A stretch of 64,000 nt of DNA from Minisyncoccota bacterium. Lineage in GTDB: Bacteria; Patescibacteriota; Minisyncoccia; Phycocordibacterales; JABAAK01. Under the pieces are notes generated by a model that was given only the letters and a program-made list of their open reading frames with translations, had not been told where the DNA came from and searched no databases. The DNA is taken from positions 195,580 through 259,579 of the forward strand of contig OY282360.1 of NCBI GenBank assembly GCA_958295675.1, given 5' to 3'. The translations under genes were made by a program, and so were the position numbers. This document shows, piece by piece, positions 9,765 to 20,067 of this stretch (the first letter of the stretch is position 1; each line of letters begins with the position of its first letter).

Positions 9765-10898
9765 ATGGCGTTTTCAGATTTATTCTCATCGATAGGCTCA
9801 CTGTTTTCCGGCGGCAGGGCTGCCGCGGTCGGTATTGATATCGGCTCATCTTCGGTGAAGATAGTGCAAATACACAAAGAAAAAGGGGCGGCAGTTCTGG
9901 ACACATACGGCTCGCTGGCGATAGGTCCGTATGTGGAAAATGCTGAGATAGGACAGTACACGAACGCGAGCGAGGAGGTACTGCATACGGTACTCACGGC
10001 ACTGATAAAAGAGGCACAGATCACCGCGACCTCGGTTTGCGTGTCAATTCCGTTTCATTCAAGCTTAATATCGCTTATTGATGTACCGCCGCTGAGTGAC
10101 GAAAAAATAGCACAGGTGATACCGTTTGAAGCGAAGCGGTACATACCGGTGCCGCTTGAGGATGTATCCATTGATTGGTTCGTGGTGCCGAAGGCACTGC
10201 TGGACCGCGATGACATGTCATTGTTCCATAAAGATAAACCGACCGCGATGCCGGCGAAAGAAGAAAAGCGGAAAGTGCTGCTAATCGCTATCCATAATCA
10301 TGAGCTTTTGAAGCACAAAAATATTCTCAGCCGAACCGAACTGAACACGAAATATTTTGAAATTGAGATTTTCAGCACACTCCGGTCCTCAGTATACGAA
10401 ACTCGCCTGCCCATCATCCTTATTGACATCGGTGCCCGCACCACAAAGTTTTATATAGTTGACCACGGCATTATTCTTCGCTCGCTGTTTATTAATCAGG
10501 GCGGACAGTCAATAACGCAGGCAATAGTACATGCCGAGAACATACCGTTCAAAGAAGCGGAGCATAAAAAACGGGAACTCGGTTTTGACATACCGGATAA
10601 AAACACAAAAGAGGCGATGGCTCTCGTGACGGACGAAATGTTTTCCGAAGCGAATAACGCGATTGTTGATTTTGAGCAGCGCTATCACCGGTCTATTTCA
10701 AAAATTGTACTGACCGGCGGCGGTGCGGTGATGAAGGGGATATTGGAAGAAGCGAAGAAAAAAACTAATATAGCGGTTGAAATGGCAAATCCATTCGGAC
10801 GATTACGGCATCCGGCATTTCTCAGTGATGCTCTGAAAGAATCAGGATCTGAATTTGCCGTGGCGGTCGGCAGTGCCATGCGCGCTCTAAATGAGTGA
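9765..10898 (+). CDS. pilM: type IV pilus assembly protein PilM (actin-like ATPase)
   Basis: N-terminal AVGIDIGSSSVKIVQI motif, 377 aa, followed by pilN/O/B/T/C genes. Confidence 0.85.
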   Translation: MAFSDLFSSIGSLFSGGRAAAVGIDIGSSSVKIVQIHKEKGAAVLDTYGSLAIGPYVENAEIGQYTNASEEVLHTVLTALIKEAQITATSVCVSIPFHSSLISLIDVPPLSDEKIAQVIPFEAKRYIPVPLEDVSIDWFVVPKALLDRDDMSLFHKDKPTAMPAKEEKRKVLLIAIHNHELLKHKNILSRTELNTKYFEIEIFSTLRSSVYETRLPIILIDIGARTTKFYIVDHGIILRSLFINQGGQSITQAIVHAENIPFKEAEHKKRELGFDIPDKNTKEAMALVTDEMFSEANNAIVDFEQRYHRSISKIVLTGGGAVMKGILEEAKKKTNIAVEMANPFGRLRHPAFLSDALKESGSEFAVAVGSAMRALNE

Positions 10899-11228
10899 AT
10901 ATGGCGGTTATAGAACAGATTTTTCACCATTGACCGGTACAAATAATTAAAGTACCATGATGTATAGGTGAGCAAAATGGGGTGTGTGGTGTGCAGCCCG
11001 CCCTCCGTACAATTCTTCCGATCCGGCTGTTTAGCCTCACTCTTACGTTTGAAGGGGACGAGAGATGAGAAGAGACCTGCACCGAACAGAGAAGCGATCA
11101 TATGCCGTCTCTGATGATCGTGAAAGAAGGGAGGGAAGCGGTAATACGGTTTACCACCTCTTTTCCCGTGAATCGGAGGACTCACCTCATCCCGCACAGG
11201 ACTACGGTCTTGTGCGGGATTTTCTTTT
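10899..11228 (+). other. GC-rich noncoding segment ending in a Rho-independent terminator (candidate structured RNA)
   Basis: No + strand ORF of at least 60 aa across ~440 bp. Local hairpins (gatcat..atgatc; cctc..gagg). Terminator cccgcacagg-actacggtct-tgtgcggg plus T-run at 11191-11228. Confidence 0.25.
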
Positions 11229-11338
11229 GCGTGATTGATACCATATTGCACACAGTTCAAACGATACGAATTCGGTAAGTTAACCACATAGCGCATTCAT
11301 GGTTCTTTTTAATCGGTATACTACACATATAGTACGAT

Positions 11339-12007
11339 ATGTTACCAACCTTTTCAAAGAATCTCGGCAAGAGTTCAAGCGATATTTCACTCTCGGCATC
11401 ACAGAAGCCGCAGGATTTCGGTTCGGAAAGCGGTCACTCGGTCAAGAAAAAAAGGGATATACGGACTGTCCTCTCTGTTATAATATTTATTTTCACCTTA
11501 CTCGCGGCAGGTACGGTATTCGGTCTTAATTTCTATCTGGATGCCCGCATAGCGAATATTGAGCGGCTTTTGGTGCAGCATGAGGAGGATATTCAAATCG
11601 CCACGATAGAGAGTTTAATTCGGTTTGATCAGGGTATTGATGCGCTGAAGGTGCTGATTGACTCGCGTGCCGGATACCGCGCGGTAATAGATGCCATGGC
11701 AAGTATTATCATACCGAATGTGCGATACTCAAGCGCGAGTATTGAGCTAAATGAGAATGAGGAATACCGAATTGTTATAAACGCGACCGCTCGTTCTCTC
11801 AATGCGTACCGTCAGCAGGTGGTGACAATCCGCTCGCAGGAACCGACCAATCTAATGAGAGGCGTGACTATCAAAAACTACACCATAGAAAAAGGCGGAG
11901 ATAATAGCGCGACGGTCTCATTTGAGATGGAAATACAGGTACCGGTCGCCGCCGCGGTTCAGTCAAGAAATGGGGTTACGACGGAACAGACCAATCAACA
12001 AGCATAG
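11339..12007 (+). CDS. PilN-like pilus assembly protein (single TM plus coiled coil)
   Basis: TM helix VLSVIIFIFTLLAAGTVFGL followed by a coiled-coil/periplasmic domain. Positioned after pilM. Confidence 0.55.
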   Translation: MLPTFSKNLGKSSSDISLSASQKPQDFGSESGHSVKKKRDIRTVLSVIIFIFTLLAAGTVFGLNFYLDARIANIERLLVQHEEDIQIATIESLIRFDQGIDALKVLIDSRAGYRAVIDAMASIIIPNVRYSSASIELNENEEYRIVINATARSLNAYRQQVVTIRSQEPTNLMRGVTIKNYTIEKGGDNSATVSFEMEIQVPVAAAVQSRNGVTTEQTNQQA

Positions 12008-12010
12008 CGT

Positions 12011-12571
12011 ATGGTAAGTAATTTTATTCCAATTATCCTACTACTTCTGCTTTCCGCAGTACTATACGCGGTATTCATTTCACCGCAGTACGGCGACGCA
12101 AAAGCGCGGTTTAATCACATAACGGAACTGGAGGAGGCACTGTCACACAGCGACCTGCTTCAGGAGCGCAGAGATGAACTGCTCGCCCAGAAAAACAGTA
12201 TTCCGCAGGAACAACAGAATCTCGTAGACAAGCAGGTCGCGGAATACTCGTCAGAGTCAGTGGTAACATTCATATTGTCGCTCAATAACCTGCTGCTCAA
12301 CAGCGGTTTCGGCGGTGATGAATATATCATCGGTGCTGAACAAAAAGACCTTGACGGCATTGTGCTTATTCCGATAACATTCAATTTTGAAACCGTAGAA
12401 TACGCGGAAATACTGAGATTTATAGGCGTACTTGAGAATTGGGAGCGGGGCATACGAATTGTTTCAATTCGAATAAACACATCATCCGAGGAGCGTGATG
12501 CCGATTCAACCCGCGTGAACGCTGTTGTGTTGATAGAAGCGCTTTTTTCTGAAGAGGGTGCGGTACAATAA
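12011..12571 (+). CDS. PilO-like pilus assembly protein
   Basis: N-terminal TM IPIILLLLLSAVLYAVFI and a coiled coil. Operon position. Confidence 0.5.
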   Translation: MVSNFIPIILLLLLSAVLYAVFISPQYGDAKARFNHITELEEALSHSDLLQERRDELLAQKNSIPQEQQNLVDKQVAEYSSESVVTFILSLNNLLLNSGFGGDEYIIGAEQKDLDGIVLIPITFNFETVEYAEILRFIGVLENWERGIRIVSIRINTSSEERDADSTRVNAVVLIEALFSEEGAVQ

Positions 12572-12582
12572 TTGTAAGGAAT

Positions 12583-13113
12583 ATGACAAAAGAGCAATTA
12601 AAATCAATGATCATTTTCCTGGTACTGCTTGCTGTCACGGCGTATGTTGCGCACGCATTCGCGGTAGAGTCAGAAAAAAAATTTGAAACGATTGAATCAC
12701 AATCAACAACATTTCTTGATTTGATTGATCGGTTAAACAATGTTGAATTCGATCTTGAATTTGTCAGATCATTTACCGGATCAGGTTCCGCGGCGCGTAC
12801 GCGTACGGAGCCGGGTGCAGTTGCGCGCGTGCCGGAAAATCAAGTTGGAAGGGTAAATCCGTTTTCAGACACGATAGAACCGCTGACTCAGCGGAGCAGT
12901 TTTACCAATTCGCCATTGAATGAGAATCAAAATACAGCGGTCAGAAACTTTGAGAGCGCGTTCCTGAGCGCGGTTGAGGATCTCACCACTCAGACGGAAC
13001 AGGAAGCCGAAGATGAAACCGAAACTGAAACTGAAACTGAAATCAAAACTGAAATCGAAACCGAAGCCGACCAATCGCCTCCGCAGCAGCAAGCACAAAC
13101 CTTAACATTATAG
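12583..13113 (+). CDS. hypothetical pilus-operon membrane protein with acidic ETE repeat tail
   Basis: N-terminal TM. C-terminal ETETETETEIKTEIETE low-complexity region. Confidence 0.45.
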   Translation: MTKEQLKSMIIFLVLLAVTAYVAHAFAVESEKKFETIESQSTTFLDLIDRLNNVEFDLEFVRSFTGSGSAARTRTEPGAVARVPENQVGRVNPFSDTIEPLTQRSSFTNSPLNENQNTAVRNFESAFLSAVEDLTTQTEQEAEDETETETETEIKTEIETEADQSPPQQQAQTLTL

Positions 13114-13119
13114 CCGCAT

Positions 13120-15069
13120 ATGCCGCCGCTTCGCACAACAAAAACAAACCAACCGGACAACGCAGACGGCGGCGCGCAGGATTCGGTTAACGCGTTCGGC
13201 GTGCAGCCCGGACCCGATGCAGCGATACCTCCGGCGGATGCAGATAGTGCCGCGATATCTCCGAAAAAAAATGCACCGTCTGCAGCAACGAAAAAGACGG
13301 CGGGAAAAACAGCGCAAAAAAAAGGCGATAAGATTGCTGTAGATAAAGAGTATAAAATACCGAAAGATTTGTTCAGTTTTATTCCCAGAGATTCCGCGGA
13401 TCTCTATAAAATCGTGCCGCTTGAAAAAAAGGATAATGTGCTGTATGTCGGCACGGTGAATGAGAATAATCTTGACGCGCGGGATGCCCTCAACTTCATT
13501 ACAACCAGTCAGGGAATGGAGTACAAGATGCAGCAGATAACGGAAGAACAGTTCTCCGAGTTAGTCCAGCAATACGAACAGGCGAGTGAGACGATGAGCG
13601 ACGCACTGAGTCAATTGGAAGATCAATATGATGTGATGATTGATACCGGCAGTGATAAAGAGGACGAGAGATCGGCGGAGGCACTCATTCAGGAAGAAGC
13701 GCCGATTATAAAATTACTGAGCACGATTCTCGGGCAGGCGGTTGAAAAAGGCACCTCTGATGTTCATATTGAGGCGCAGGATAAAAAATCCGTCGTTCGG
13801 TACCGCATTGACGGCGTACTGGTTAAGCAGCTGGAATTCATACCGCGGGTTCACGATTCCATTGTCGCGCGCATAAAAATCGTGTCCAATCTGCGCCTTG
13901 ATGAGCGCCGTCGACCGCAGGACGGCAGATTTTCAAGCATAATCAGAAATAATCGCGTTGATTTTCGTGTCGCGACATTTCCGACACCGAACGGCGAAAA
14001 AGTAGTTCTTCGCGTACTGGACACGGCAAAAGGGTTGCGGTCACTGGGCGATCTCGGACTGGAAGAGAACATGTACGATAAAGTATTGCGCGCGATTAAG
14101 CGACCGTACGGACTCATTCTTGCGACCGGTCCGACCGGTGCCGGCAAAACAACAACACTGTACGCGCTGCTGAATATGCTGGATAGAAAATCACAGAACA
14201 TTGTGTCGCTGGAGGATCCGGTAGAGTATCAGCTGGAAGGTATTAACCAATCCAATATCCGCCCGGAAATCGGTTACAGCTTCGCGACCGGATTGCGTTC
14301 CGTACTCCGCGGCGACCCGGATCAGATTTTGGTTGGTGAGATTCGGGACAAGGAAACAGCGCAGCTCGCCATACAGGCGGCACTTACGGGACATTTAGTG
14401 TACTCCACACTCCATACGAATACCGCCATTGGCGCGGTGTCCCGTCTTGCACATTTCGGCATTGAACCGTTCCTGTTAGCGCCGACACTTCTGCTTATCG
14501 TCGGACAGCGCATGGCACGCCGTCTTGACGGCGAGGGTAAGGAGATGCCGGTGTCCGGCTCAATGCTCACATATCTTGAGGACAAGTTCAGTGATTTGCC
14601 GCAGCTCTACAGAAGTCAAATACCTGATTTTAGGGCATTTAAGGATGTGATACCGACTGAAGAGAATCCGTCCGGAATGAAAGGCAGAATCGGCGTGTTT
14701 GAAGTGCTTGAGGTAAACGATGAGATCCGTTCAATCATTATGAAACAGCCGGATGAAAGAGAAATATACAAAGCTGCCAGGAAAACCGGTTTTATCACCA
14801 TGGGTGAGGATGCCATCACCAAAGGTCTGAGAGGTCTTATGCCGTTTTCCGAGGTGGCAAAAATCAGCAATGAGGATGTGTTAGGCGAGGAAGAACCGGA
14901 AGCAGACAATATACCGAACGCGGAGAAAATGCCGGAGATAGAGAAAACGAAAAACATGCCGACGGAAACGGAAGAGCATATCAAGGCACCGCCGGGCGCG
15001 CGCAATCGGTCTGCGCCGCCGGCAATAAAAAAAGCATTCAGCAAGGAACGCGCGACGGACTTGTTTTAA
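13120..15069 (+). CDS. pilB: type IV pilus assembly ATPase PilB (GspE family) with long low-complexity N-terminal extension
   Basis: Walker A GPTGAGKTTTLYALL. GspE N-domain motifs. 649 aa. Confidence 0.85.
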   Translation: MPPLRTTKTNQPDNADGGAQDSVNAFGVQPGPDAAIPPADADSAAISPKKNAPSAATKKTAGKTAQKKGDKIAVDKEYKIPKDLFSFIPRDSADLYKIVPLEKKDNVLYVGTVNENNLDARDALNFITTSQGMEYKMQQITEEQFSELVQQYEQASETMSDALSQLEDQYDVMIDTGSDKEDERSAEALIQEEAPIIKLLSTILGQAVEKGTSDVHIEAQDKKSVVRYRIDGVLVKQLEFIPRVHDSIVARIKIVSNLRLDERRRPQDGRFSSIIRNNRVDFRVATFPTPNGEKVVLRVLDTAKGLRSLGDLGLEENMYDKVLRAIKRPYGLILATGPTGAGKTTTLYALLNMLDRKSQNIVSLEDPVEYQLEGINQSNIRPEIGYSFATGLRSVLRGDPDQILVGEIRDKETAQLAIQAALTGHLVYSTLHTNTAIGAVSRLAHFGIEPFLLAPTLLLIVGQRMARRLDGEGKEMPVSGSMLTYLEDKFSDLPQLYRSQIPDFRAFKDVIPTEENPSGMKGRIGVFEVLEVNDEIRSIIMKQPDEREIYKAARKTGFITMGEDAITKGLRGLMPFSEVAKISNEDVLGEEEPEADNIPNAEKMPEIEKTKNMPTETEEHIKAPPGARNRSAPPAIKKAFSKERATDLF

Positions 15070-15128
15070 ATGTATCATTGTTGATAGCAGGTTTCTGAAG
15101 CATAATCGCGTACTATACTACAGACAGT

Positions 15129-16214
15129 ATGACTGAATATCAAAAAGAGATACAGGATTATATTGACACAATCGCGACTCGCGAAGGGTCTGATATTCAT
15201 CTTATGACACACACAAAGCCGTTTCTGCGGGTAAAACGCGAACTGGTGCCGTTCATACAGAAAGAGCCGCTCATGCCCGAGGATACACTGGCATTCCTTC
15301 GCATACTTCTTCGGTCGGACACGGAAGATGTTGAAGCAAGAATACAGAAGGAGAAGCACATCTTATTCAGTTACCAGCACAAGACGCAGAGCGAGCGGGT
15401 GATGAACTTTCGGGTCACGGCATACCTTGAAAAGGGGGATATCGCGATAGCGATGCGGCTCATAGAGGAGACAGAGCGGACAATTGAGGAGCTCGGTCTG
15501 CCGCCCATACTGAAAAATGTAATGCAGGAGCCGAACGGTCTGTTCATAGTTATCGGTCCCGCCGGCAACGGAAAATCAACAACACTCGCCTCCATGGTGA
15601 ACCATTGCAACACCACGCTTCGCAGACACATTCTCACTATTGAGGATCCGATTGAGTTCATCTTTAAAAACAAAAAGTCAATTATCACGCAGCGAGAAGT
15701 GCCGTCCGATGTGCCCACATTCCGCTCAGCGTTGGATAGTGCTCTCCGCGCGGATGCGGATATCCTGATGATTGGCGAGATGCGGGAGACAGTAACCATG
15801 CAGGCAGTGATGACAGCCGCGGAAGTAGGGCATCTGGTGCTCTCAACGGTGCATGCAAATGACGCGGAGGGCGCGGTACACCGCATTGTGGATTCATTTC
15901 CGGGCGGTCAGCAGCAACAGATTGCGCAGCAGCTCGCGGGTGCGCTGCTCGGCATCTGCTCGGTGCGCCTCCTGCCGCGCACGACGGGCGGTCTCGTGCC
16001 GGCGTGTGAAGTGCTGTTCAACACGAATGCGGTCGCGAATCTCATCCGCGAAATGCGCGTCGCCGGACTGAGGACAGTCATGCAGACAGGAAAAGAAGAG
16101 GGCATGATAACTCTGGAACAGTCGCTCGCTGAATTGGTGAAACAGAACGAAATTTCCCTGGAGACGGCGAAGTTGTACGCGCCGGACGAGCGGTCGCTCA
16201 TGAGGTACCTCTAA
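15129..16214 (+). CDS. pilT: twitching-motility/retraction ATPase PilT
   Basis: Walker A GPAGNGKSTTLASMV. 361 aa, PilT/PilU-like. Confidence 0.8.
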   Translation: MTEYQKEIQDYIDTIATREGSDIHLMTHTKPFLRVKRELVPFIQKEPLMPEDTLAFLRILLRSDTEDVEARIQKEKHILFSYQHKTQSERVMNFRVTAYLEKGDIAIAMRLIEETERTIEELGLPPILKNVMQEPNGLFIVIGPAGNGKSTTLASMVNHCNTTLRRHILTIEDPIEFIFKNKKSIITQREVPSDVPTFRSALDSALRADADILMIGEMRETVTMQAVMTAAEVGHLVLSTVHANDAEGAVHRIVDSFPGGQQQQIAQQLAGALLGICSVRLLPRTTGGLVPACEVLFNTNAVANLIREMRVAGLRTVMQTGKEEGMITLEQSLAELVKQNEISLETAKLYAPDERSLMRYL

Positions 16215-16220
16215 CATACT

Positions 16221-17417
16221 ATGTTTTTCACATACACCGCAATTGACAAGGATAACAAGGAGATCAAAGGTCGTGTTGACGCGTCAAACCGGACGAGTGC
16301 GATAACGGTGCTGCTGAATAAGGGGTACACGGTTGTGTCGCTCAAGGAGGCAGATGATACGAAGGCATTCTCGGGCATATTTCTCCGCGTCAGGACGAAA
16401 GATATGGTCATCTTCTCACGGCAGATAGCGACACTCTTTGAAGCGGAGGTGTCAGCGCTGCGAGCGTTCAACCTTATTGCGGAAAATGTGCAGAATAAAT
16501 ATTTTCAGGGAATACTTCGCGATATCGCCAAGCATATTGAACAGGGATTTTCTATAGAAAGAGCATTCATGCAGCACAAAGACATCTTCGGTGAATTCTT
16601 CATATCCGTGATTTCAGTCGGAGAGCGGTCGGGAACACTCCCGAAGTCGTTTCTCTATCTTGCCGACTATGTGGAGCGCAACGCGGAGATAACAGCGAGA
16701 ATCAAAAAGGCACTCACCTATCCGGTTTTCGTGATCTTGATATTTATCGCGGTGATGGTGCTGATGTTAGTAACAGTAATTCCACAGATTGCCACTATTC
16801 TGACAGATTCCGGGGCAGAATTGCCGTTCGTTACCAAAATGGTTATCGGCGCCAGTGAATTTTTCAAAGCAAATATAGCGATTATACTCATCGCGTTCGC
16901 CGCGTTTGTTGCCGGCGGTATATACTGGGCGCGCACAAAAGACGGCAAACGCGCGCTGGATGAAACGGTTGTCACGCTCCCGATGCTCGGCGCGCTGTTC
17001 AGAAACTTTTACATCGTTCGTTTCTCACGGAATATCGGCGTGATGCTCACCAGCGGTGTGCCGATTGTCTCCGCGCTACAGACAATCAGCAGGGTGATGG
17101 GCAATGCGGTGTATACGGATATCGTGCTTGATGTGACAAAGAAAATGCAAGAAGGCACCACATTATCGGTCGCACTGGAAAACCAACCGCTCATCAGCAA
17201 AAACATCGCACAGATTATAAGGATAGGAGAGGAAACGGGAAAACTGCCGCAAATGTTTGAAGTGATTACTGATTTCTACGAAAAACAGCTGCAGAACACT
17301 ATAGACACGGCACTGGATCTCATTCAACCGACCATTATCGTGGCACTCGGTGCCAGTGTCGGATTGCTCATCGGCTCGGTTATCATTCCGATTTATTCAG
17401 TTACCAGTTCGCTGTAG
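16221..17417 (+). CDS. pilC: type IV pilus platform protein PilC (GspF family)
   Basis: Two GspF-type repeats and polytopic membrane topology. 398 aa. Confidence 0.8.
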   Translation: MFFTYTAIDKDNKEIKGRVDASNRTSAITVLLNKGYTVVSLKEADDTKAFSGIFLRVRTKDMVIFSRQIATLFEAEVSALRAFNLIAENVQNKYFQGILRDIAKHIEQGFSIERAFMQHKDIFGEFFISVISVGERSGTLPKSFLYLADYVERNAEITARIKKALTYPVFVILIFIAVMVLMLVTVIPQIATILTDSGAELPFVTKMVIGASEFFKANIAIILIAFAAFVAGGIYWARTKDGKRALDETVVTLPMLGALFRNFYIVRFSRNIGVMLTSGVPIVSALQTISRVMGNAVYTDIVLDVTKKMQEGTTLSVALENQPLISKNIAQIIRIGEETGKLPQMFEVITDFYEKQLQNTIDTALDLIQPTIIVALGASVGLLIGSVIIPIYSVTSSL

Positions 17418-17542
17418 TAAAAATGAAAAAACGCAGTTTTCCACATACCCAAGAAACAGACGGTATATACAAGGTAGCGTGTATAGTAAGTGGTTTCAGT
17501 AACCGCTTATAAAAATATTACTATAGATCTATATTAATAAAT

Positions 17543-18175
17543 ATGATGAATAATTACAGAAAAGGTTTTACCCTCATAGAACTGCTGATTGTCATTGCGA
17601 TTATCGGTATTCTTGCGGGTATTGTGGTTGTGTCCCTGTCCGGATCAACGGCAAGCGCGACCGAAGCGCGAATCAAAACAGCGCTGCGATCGGTGGACAC
17701 ATTATGGAAAGATAAAGCGATTAAGGACAGTACCAGTGGTCAGACAATTCCCTCAAATGACATTTGCAATGAATCCAATGTGAAAGCGTTGATGGATGCT
17801 GTCTTTGCTGATGTGGTAGTACTACATGGCACGACCGCTACTCCCAATGTTCCCGCTGTTGCTGCCGCAAGCCGCACAACAGGTAGCAACTATGCTGGGG
17901 TGTATGTGATAAGTGCTTCACCTACAGCTGAGGATATAACCGGTACCGGTAACGCTGGTGCTGGTGGTAAAAAAACACCAGCTGCCGGATGTGTTTCAAG
18001 CAAAGAAGGATGGGCTGTATGGGCGCGGGTGATTAATGATGGTACTGATGACAAGTACCATTGCATTGATACCACCGGATTCAACGGAGAGAAAACGACA
18101 CAAAATGGCACAGGCGATGCATCAAATCCTGCAGTCAAGACTGATGAGGTGAAATGTGGTACTTTGTTAGGATAG
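17543..18175 (+). CDS. type IV pilin (prepilin, class III signal peptide)
   Basis: KGFTLIELLIVIAIIGILAGIVVV N-terminus. Confidence 0.8.
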   Translation: MMNNYRKGFTLIELLIVIAIIGILAGIVVVSLSGSTASATEARIKTALRSVDTLWKDKAIKDSTSGQTIPSNDICNESNVKALMDAVFADVVVLHGTTATPNVPAVAAASRTTGSNYAGVYVISASPTAEDITGTGNAGAGGKKTPAAGCVSSKEGWAVWARVINDGTDDKYHCIDTTGFNGEKTTQNGTGDASNPAVKTDEVKCGTLLG

Positions 18176-18293
18176 TTTATTCACGGCATAAGATTGTTCT
18201 TGACATATCACACAAAAACGGCGCGGCGCAAGCCGCCCGTTTTTGTTGTGTACAGCACTTTGCACCACCAAAGCATGCCGTATACTATCATAT

Positions 18294-18794
18294 ATGCGTT
18301 CAAACGCTTTCACTCTTATAGAACTCCTTATTGTTATCGCCGTTCTCAGTGTTTTGGTCGGTTTGGTCATCGTCCAGTTCGGCGACGAGCTGAAGTTCGC
18401 GGATGACGGTGTTACCAAGGTGCGTGTCGTCTCAATAAGCAATCATGCGGTAAAGAAATCGTTCACATCGCCGCCGCCGACCGGAAACGCTATCTGCGAT
18501 GCTGTGCGCGATCAAGTACGGGATGGCAAGAATCAGATTTCATCTGATTGGACATCTACAACCGGCTGTACGGGTCGGGATGACGCAAACGACCCCGGTG
18601 AACTGTGCTGCGCTTCTGATGGTACGGAGTGGGTGGTATGGGGAGCGTACGAGGATTTTGATTACACGACGACCGGCGCTCTGAACGATGTCTACTGCAC
18701 CGATGATGACGAGTTTTCAAACGATATCAATGTGACTTCCGGCAACAGTGCTGCTGTATTGGTCATCACCGGCTCGGACTACAAATGCGAATAA
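18294..18794 (+). CDS. type IV pilin-like protein 2
   Basis: MRSNAFTLIELLIVIAVLSVLVGLVIV. Cys pair in the C-terminal domain. Confidence 0.75.
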   Translation: MRSNAFTLIELLIVIAVLSVLVGLVIVQFGDELKFADDGVTKVRVVSISNHAVKKSFTSPPPTGNAICDAVRDQVRDGKNQISSDWTSTTGCTGRDDANDPGELCCASDGTEWVVWGAYEDFDYTTTGALNDVYCTDDDEFSNDINVTSGNSAAVLVITGSDYKCE

Positions 18795-18840
18795 ATACTA
18801 TGATGCCCGTATAGGGAAATGAAGTATATACTGGCAGTAT

Positions 18841-20013
18841 ATGTTTTTTCACAGCAGTAACACGCGCTCAGGCACCAAGTCAGGATTCACACTTATTGAG
18901 ATGATTATTGTGCTCGGCATTATCATTGTCATCACACTGCTCGTTTTCACAAATTTTAATACCTTTACCTCCCGCTCCAATCTGCGCATCCGCACTTCCG
19001 AAATAGTTGGATATATTCGATTCGCGCAGGAGCGATCCGCATCATCCGAACATCTTCCCGGCGCGCTGTCATCGACACCGACCATCGGCTTTCAAGTTGT
19101 ACGCCTCAAGGTGCGTGACGGCGTGCTTCAGGAATATCGCCTTGAAAAAGTACCGGGAAAATTCAGCAGTTTTTCGGCAACAGTCGCTCAGGGCAGCGCT
19201 GATTTTCACGCGCAGGGACAGGTTGCTGTGTCTGATGCGCGGCATGTTATTCTTGACGGGCAGGAGACCTACTATGTGAATGTCTGTTTTATTGATACGA
19301 ACTCCACAGCCGTCTATCAACTGGAACCGCTGGAGACAAAACCAGCGACGGTTAACAGATGTTCAAAAACGCCGAAGACGACAGACAGAGATCTCTTCTG
19401 CGAACTCAACAATCCTTCCACCTCTGAAGGCAGGAATGAAATGCAAAGAAACAATTTTGACATACATCTCTCCATTGAGCAGCCGACACGGGAGGTGCAT
19501 GCGAACATATTCGCGGTCAGAAGTGACGGCAGCACCTACCAGTATACGAACGGCGGCGTGCGCCCGAACGGAACAAGCAATCGGATTTCCGGCATGTATG
19601 AGGGTCTGCGGATAGCGCTTATAACCCCGACCGGTGAGAAACGCAGCATTGATGTGTATCACACCGGTCTGGTCAGCACCAAGGCGAATGATGCGAGATC
19701 AGGATGCGGTGTGCCTCCTATTACCGGCTTAACGGCACAGTTGACCGCATCATCGGTATCGCTGGAATGGAAACATACGAGTCCCGATGTAACCGGTTAT
19801 AAACTGCGGATCAAGAAAGGAAGCTATCCTTTCGATCTGTGGACGGGAATAACGCCTGCAAGAAACGGTAACAATCGCACACATACCGTCACCACAGTCA
19901 ACAGAAGCGCACTGACACTGCCTACAAGTTATACATTTGAGGTGCGACCGGTAATAGGATCAATTTCCGCGCCCGCGATAAGTGTACAGATATTAGTACC
20001 ACCGAGCGGATAG
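18841..20013 (+). CDS. minor pilin / pseudopilin with C-terminal Ig- or FN3-like domain
   Basis: SGFTLIEMIIVLGIIIVITLLVF class III signal. 390 aa. Confidence 0.7.
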   Translation: MFFHSSNTRSGTKSGFTLIEMIIVLGIIIVITLLVFTNFNTFTSRSNLRIRTSEIVGYIRFAQERSASSEHLPGALSSTPTIGFQVVRLKVRDGVLQEYRLEKVPGKFSSFSATVAQGSADFHAQGQVAVSDARHVILDGQETYYVNVCFIDTNSTAVYQLEPLETKPATVNRCSKTPKTTDRDLFCELNNPSTSEGRNEMQRNNFDIHLSIEQPTREVHANIFAVRSDGSTYQYTNGGVRPNGTSNRISGMYEGLRIALITPTGEKRSIDVYHTGLVSTKANDARSGCGVPPITGLTAQLTASSVSLEWKHTSPDVTGYKLRIKKGSYPFDLWTGITPARNGNNRTHTVTTVNRSALTLPTSYTFEVRPVIGSISAPAISVQILVPPSG

Positions 20014-20067
20014 CAGCACTCACTCGTTTGCATATATGATATCTCGCCGGATATTAAGCGTATACTG

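Noticed and set aside
10899-11228. tmRNA or SRP RNA as the identity of the pil-operon gap
   Set aside because: No tRNA-like T-arm (GGTTCGA-type), no tag-reading frame ending in a canonical ALAA-stop, and no SRP domain IV consensus were found by eye. It is left as an unassigned candidate RNA.
10685-11296. 203-aa - strand ORF overlapping the pilM 3' end and the GC-rich gap
   Set aside because: Antisense to pilM over 200 bp, low-complexity translation, no RBS. The region is better explained as noncoding or structured RNA on the + strand.
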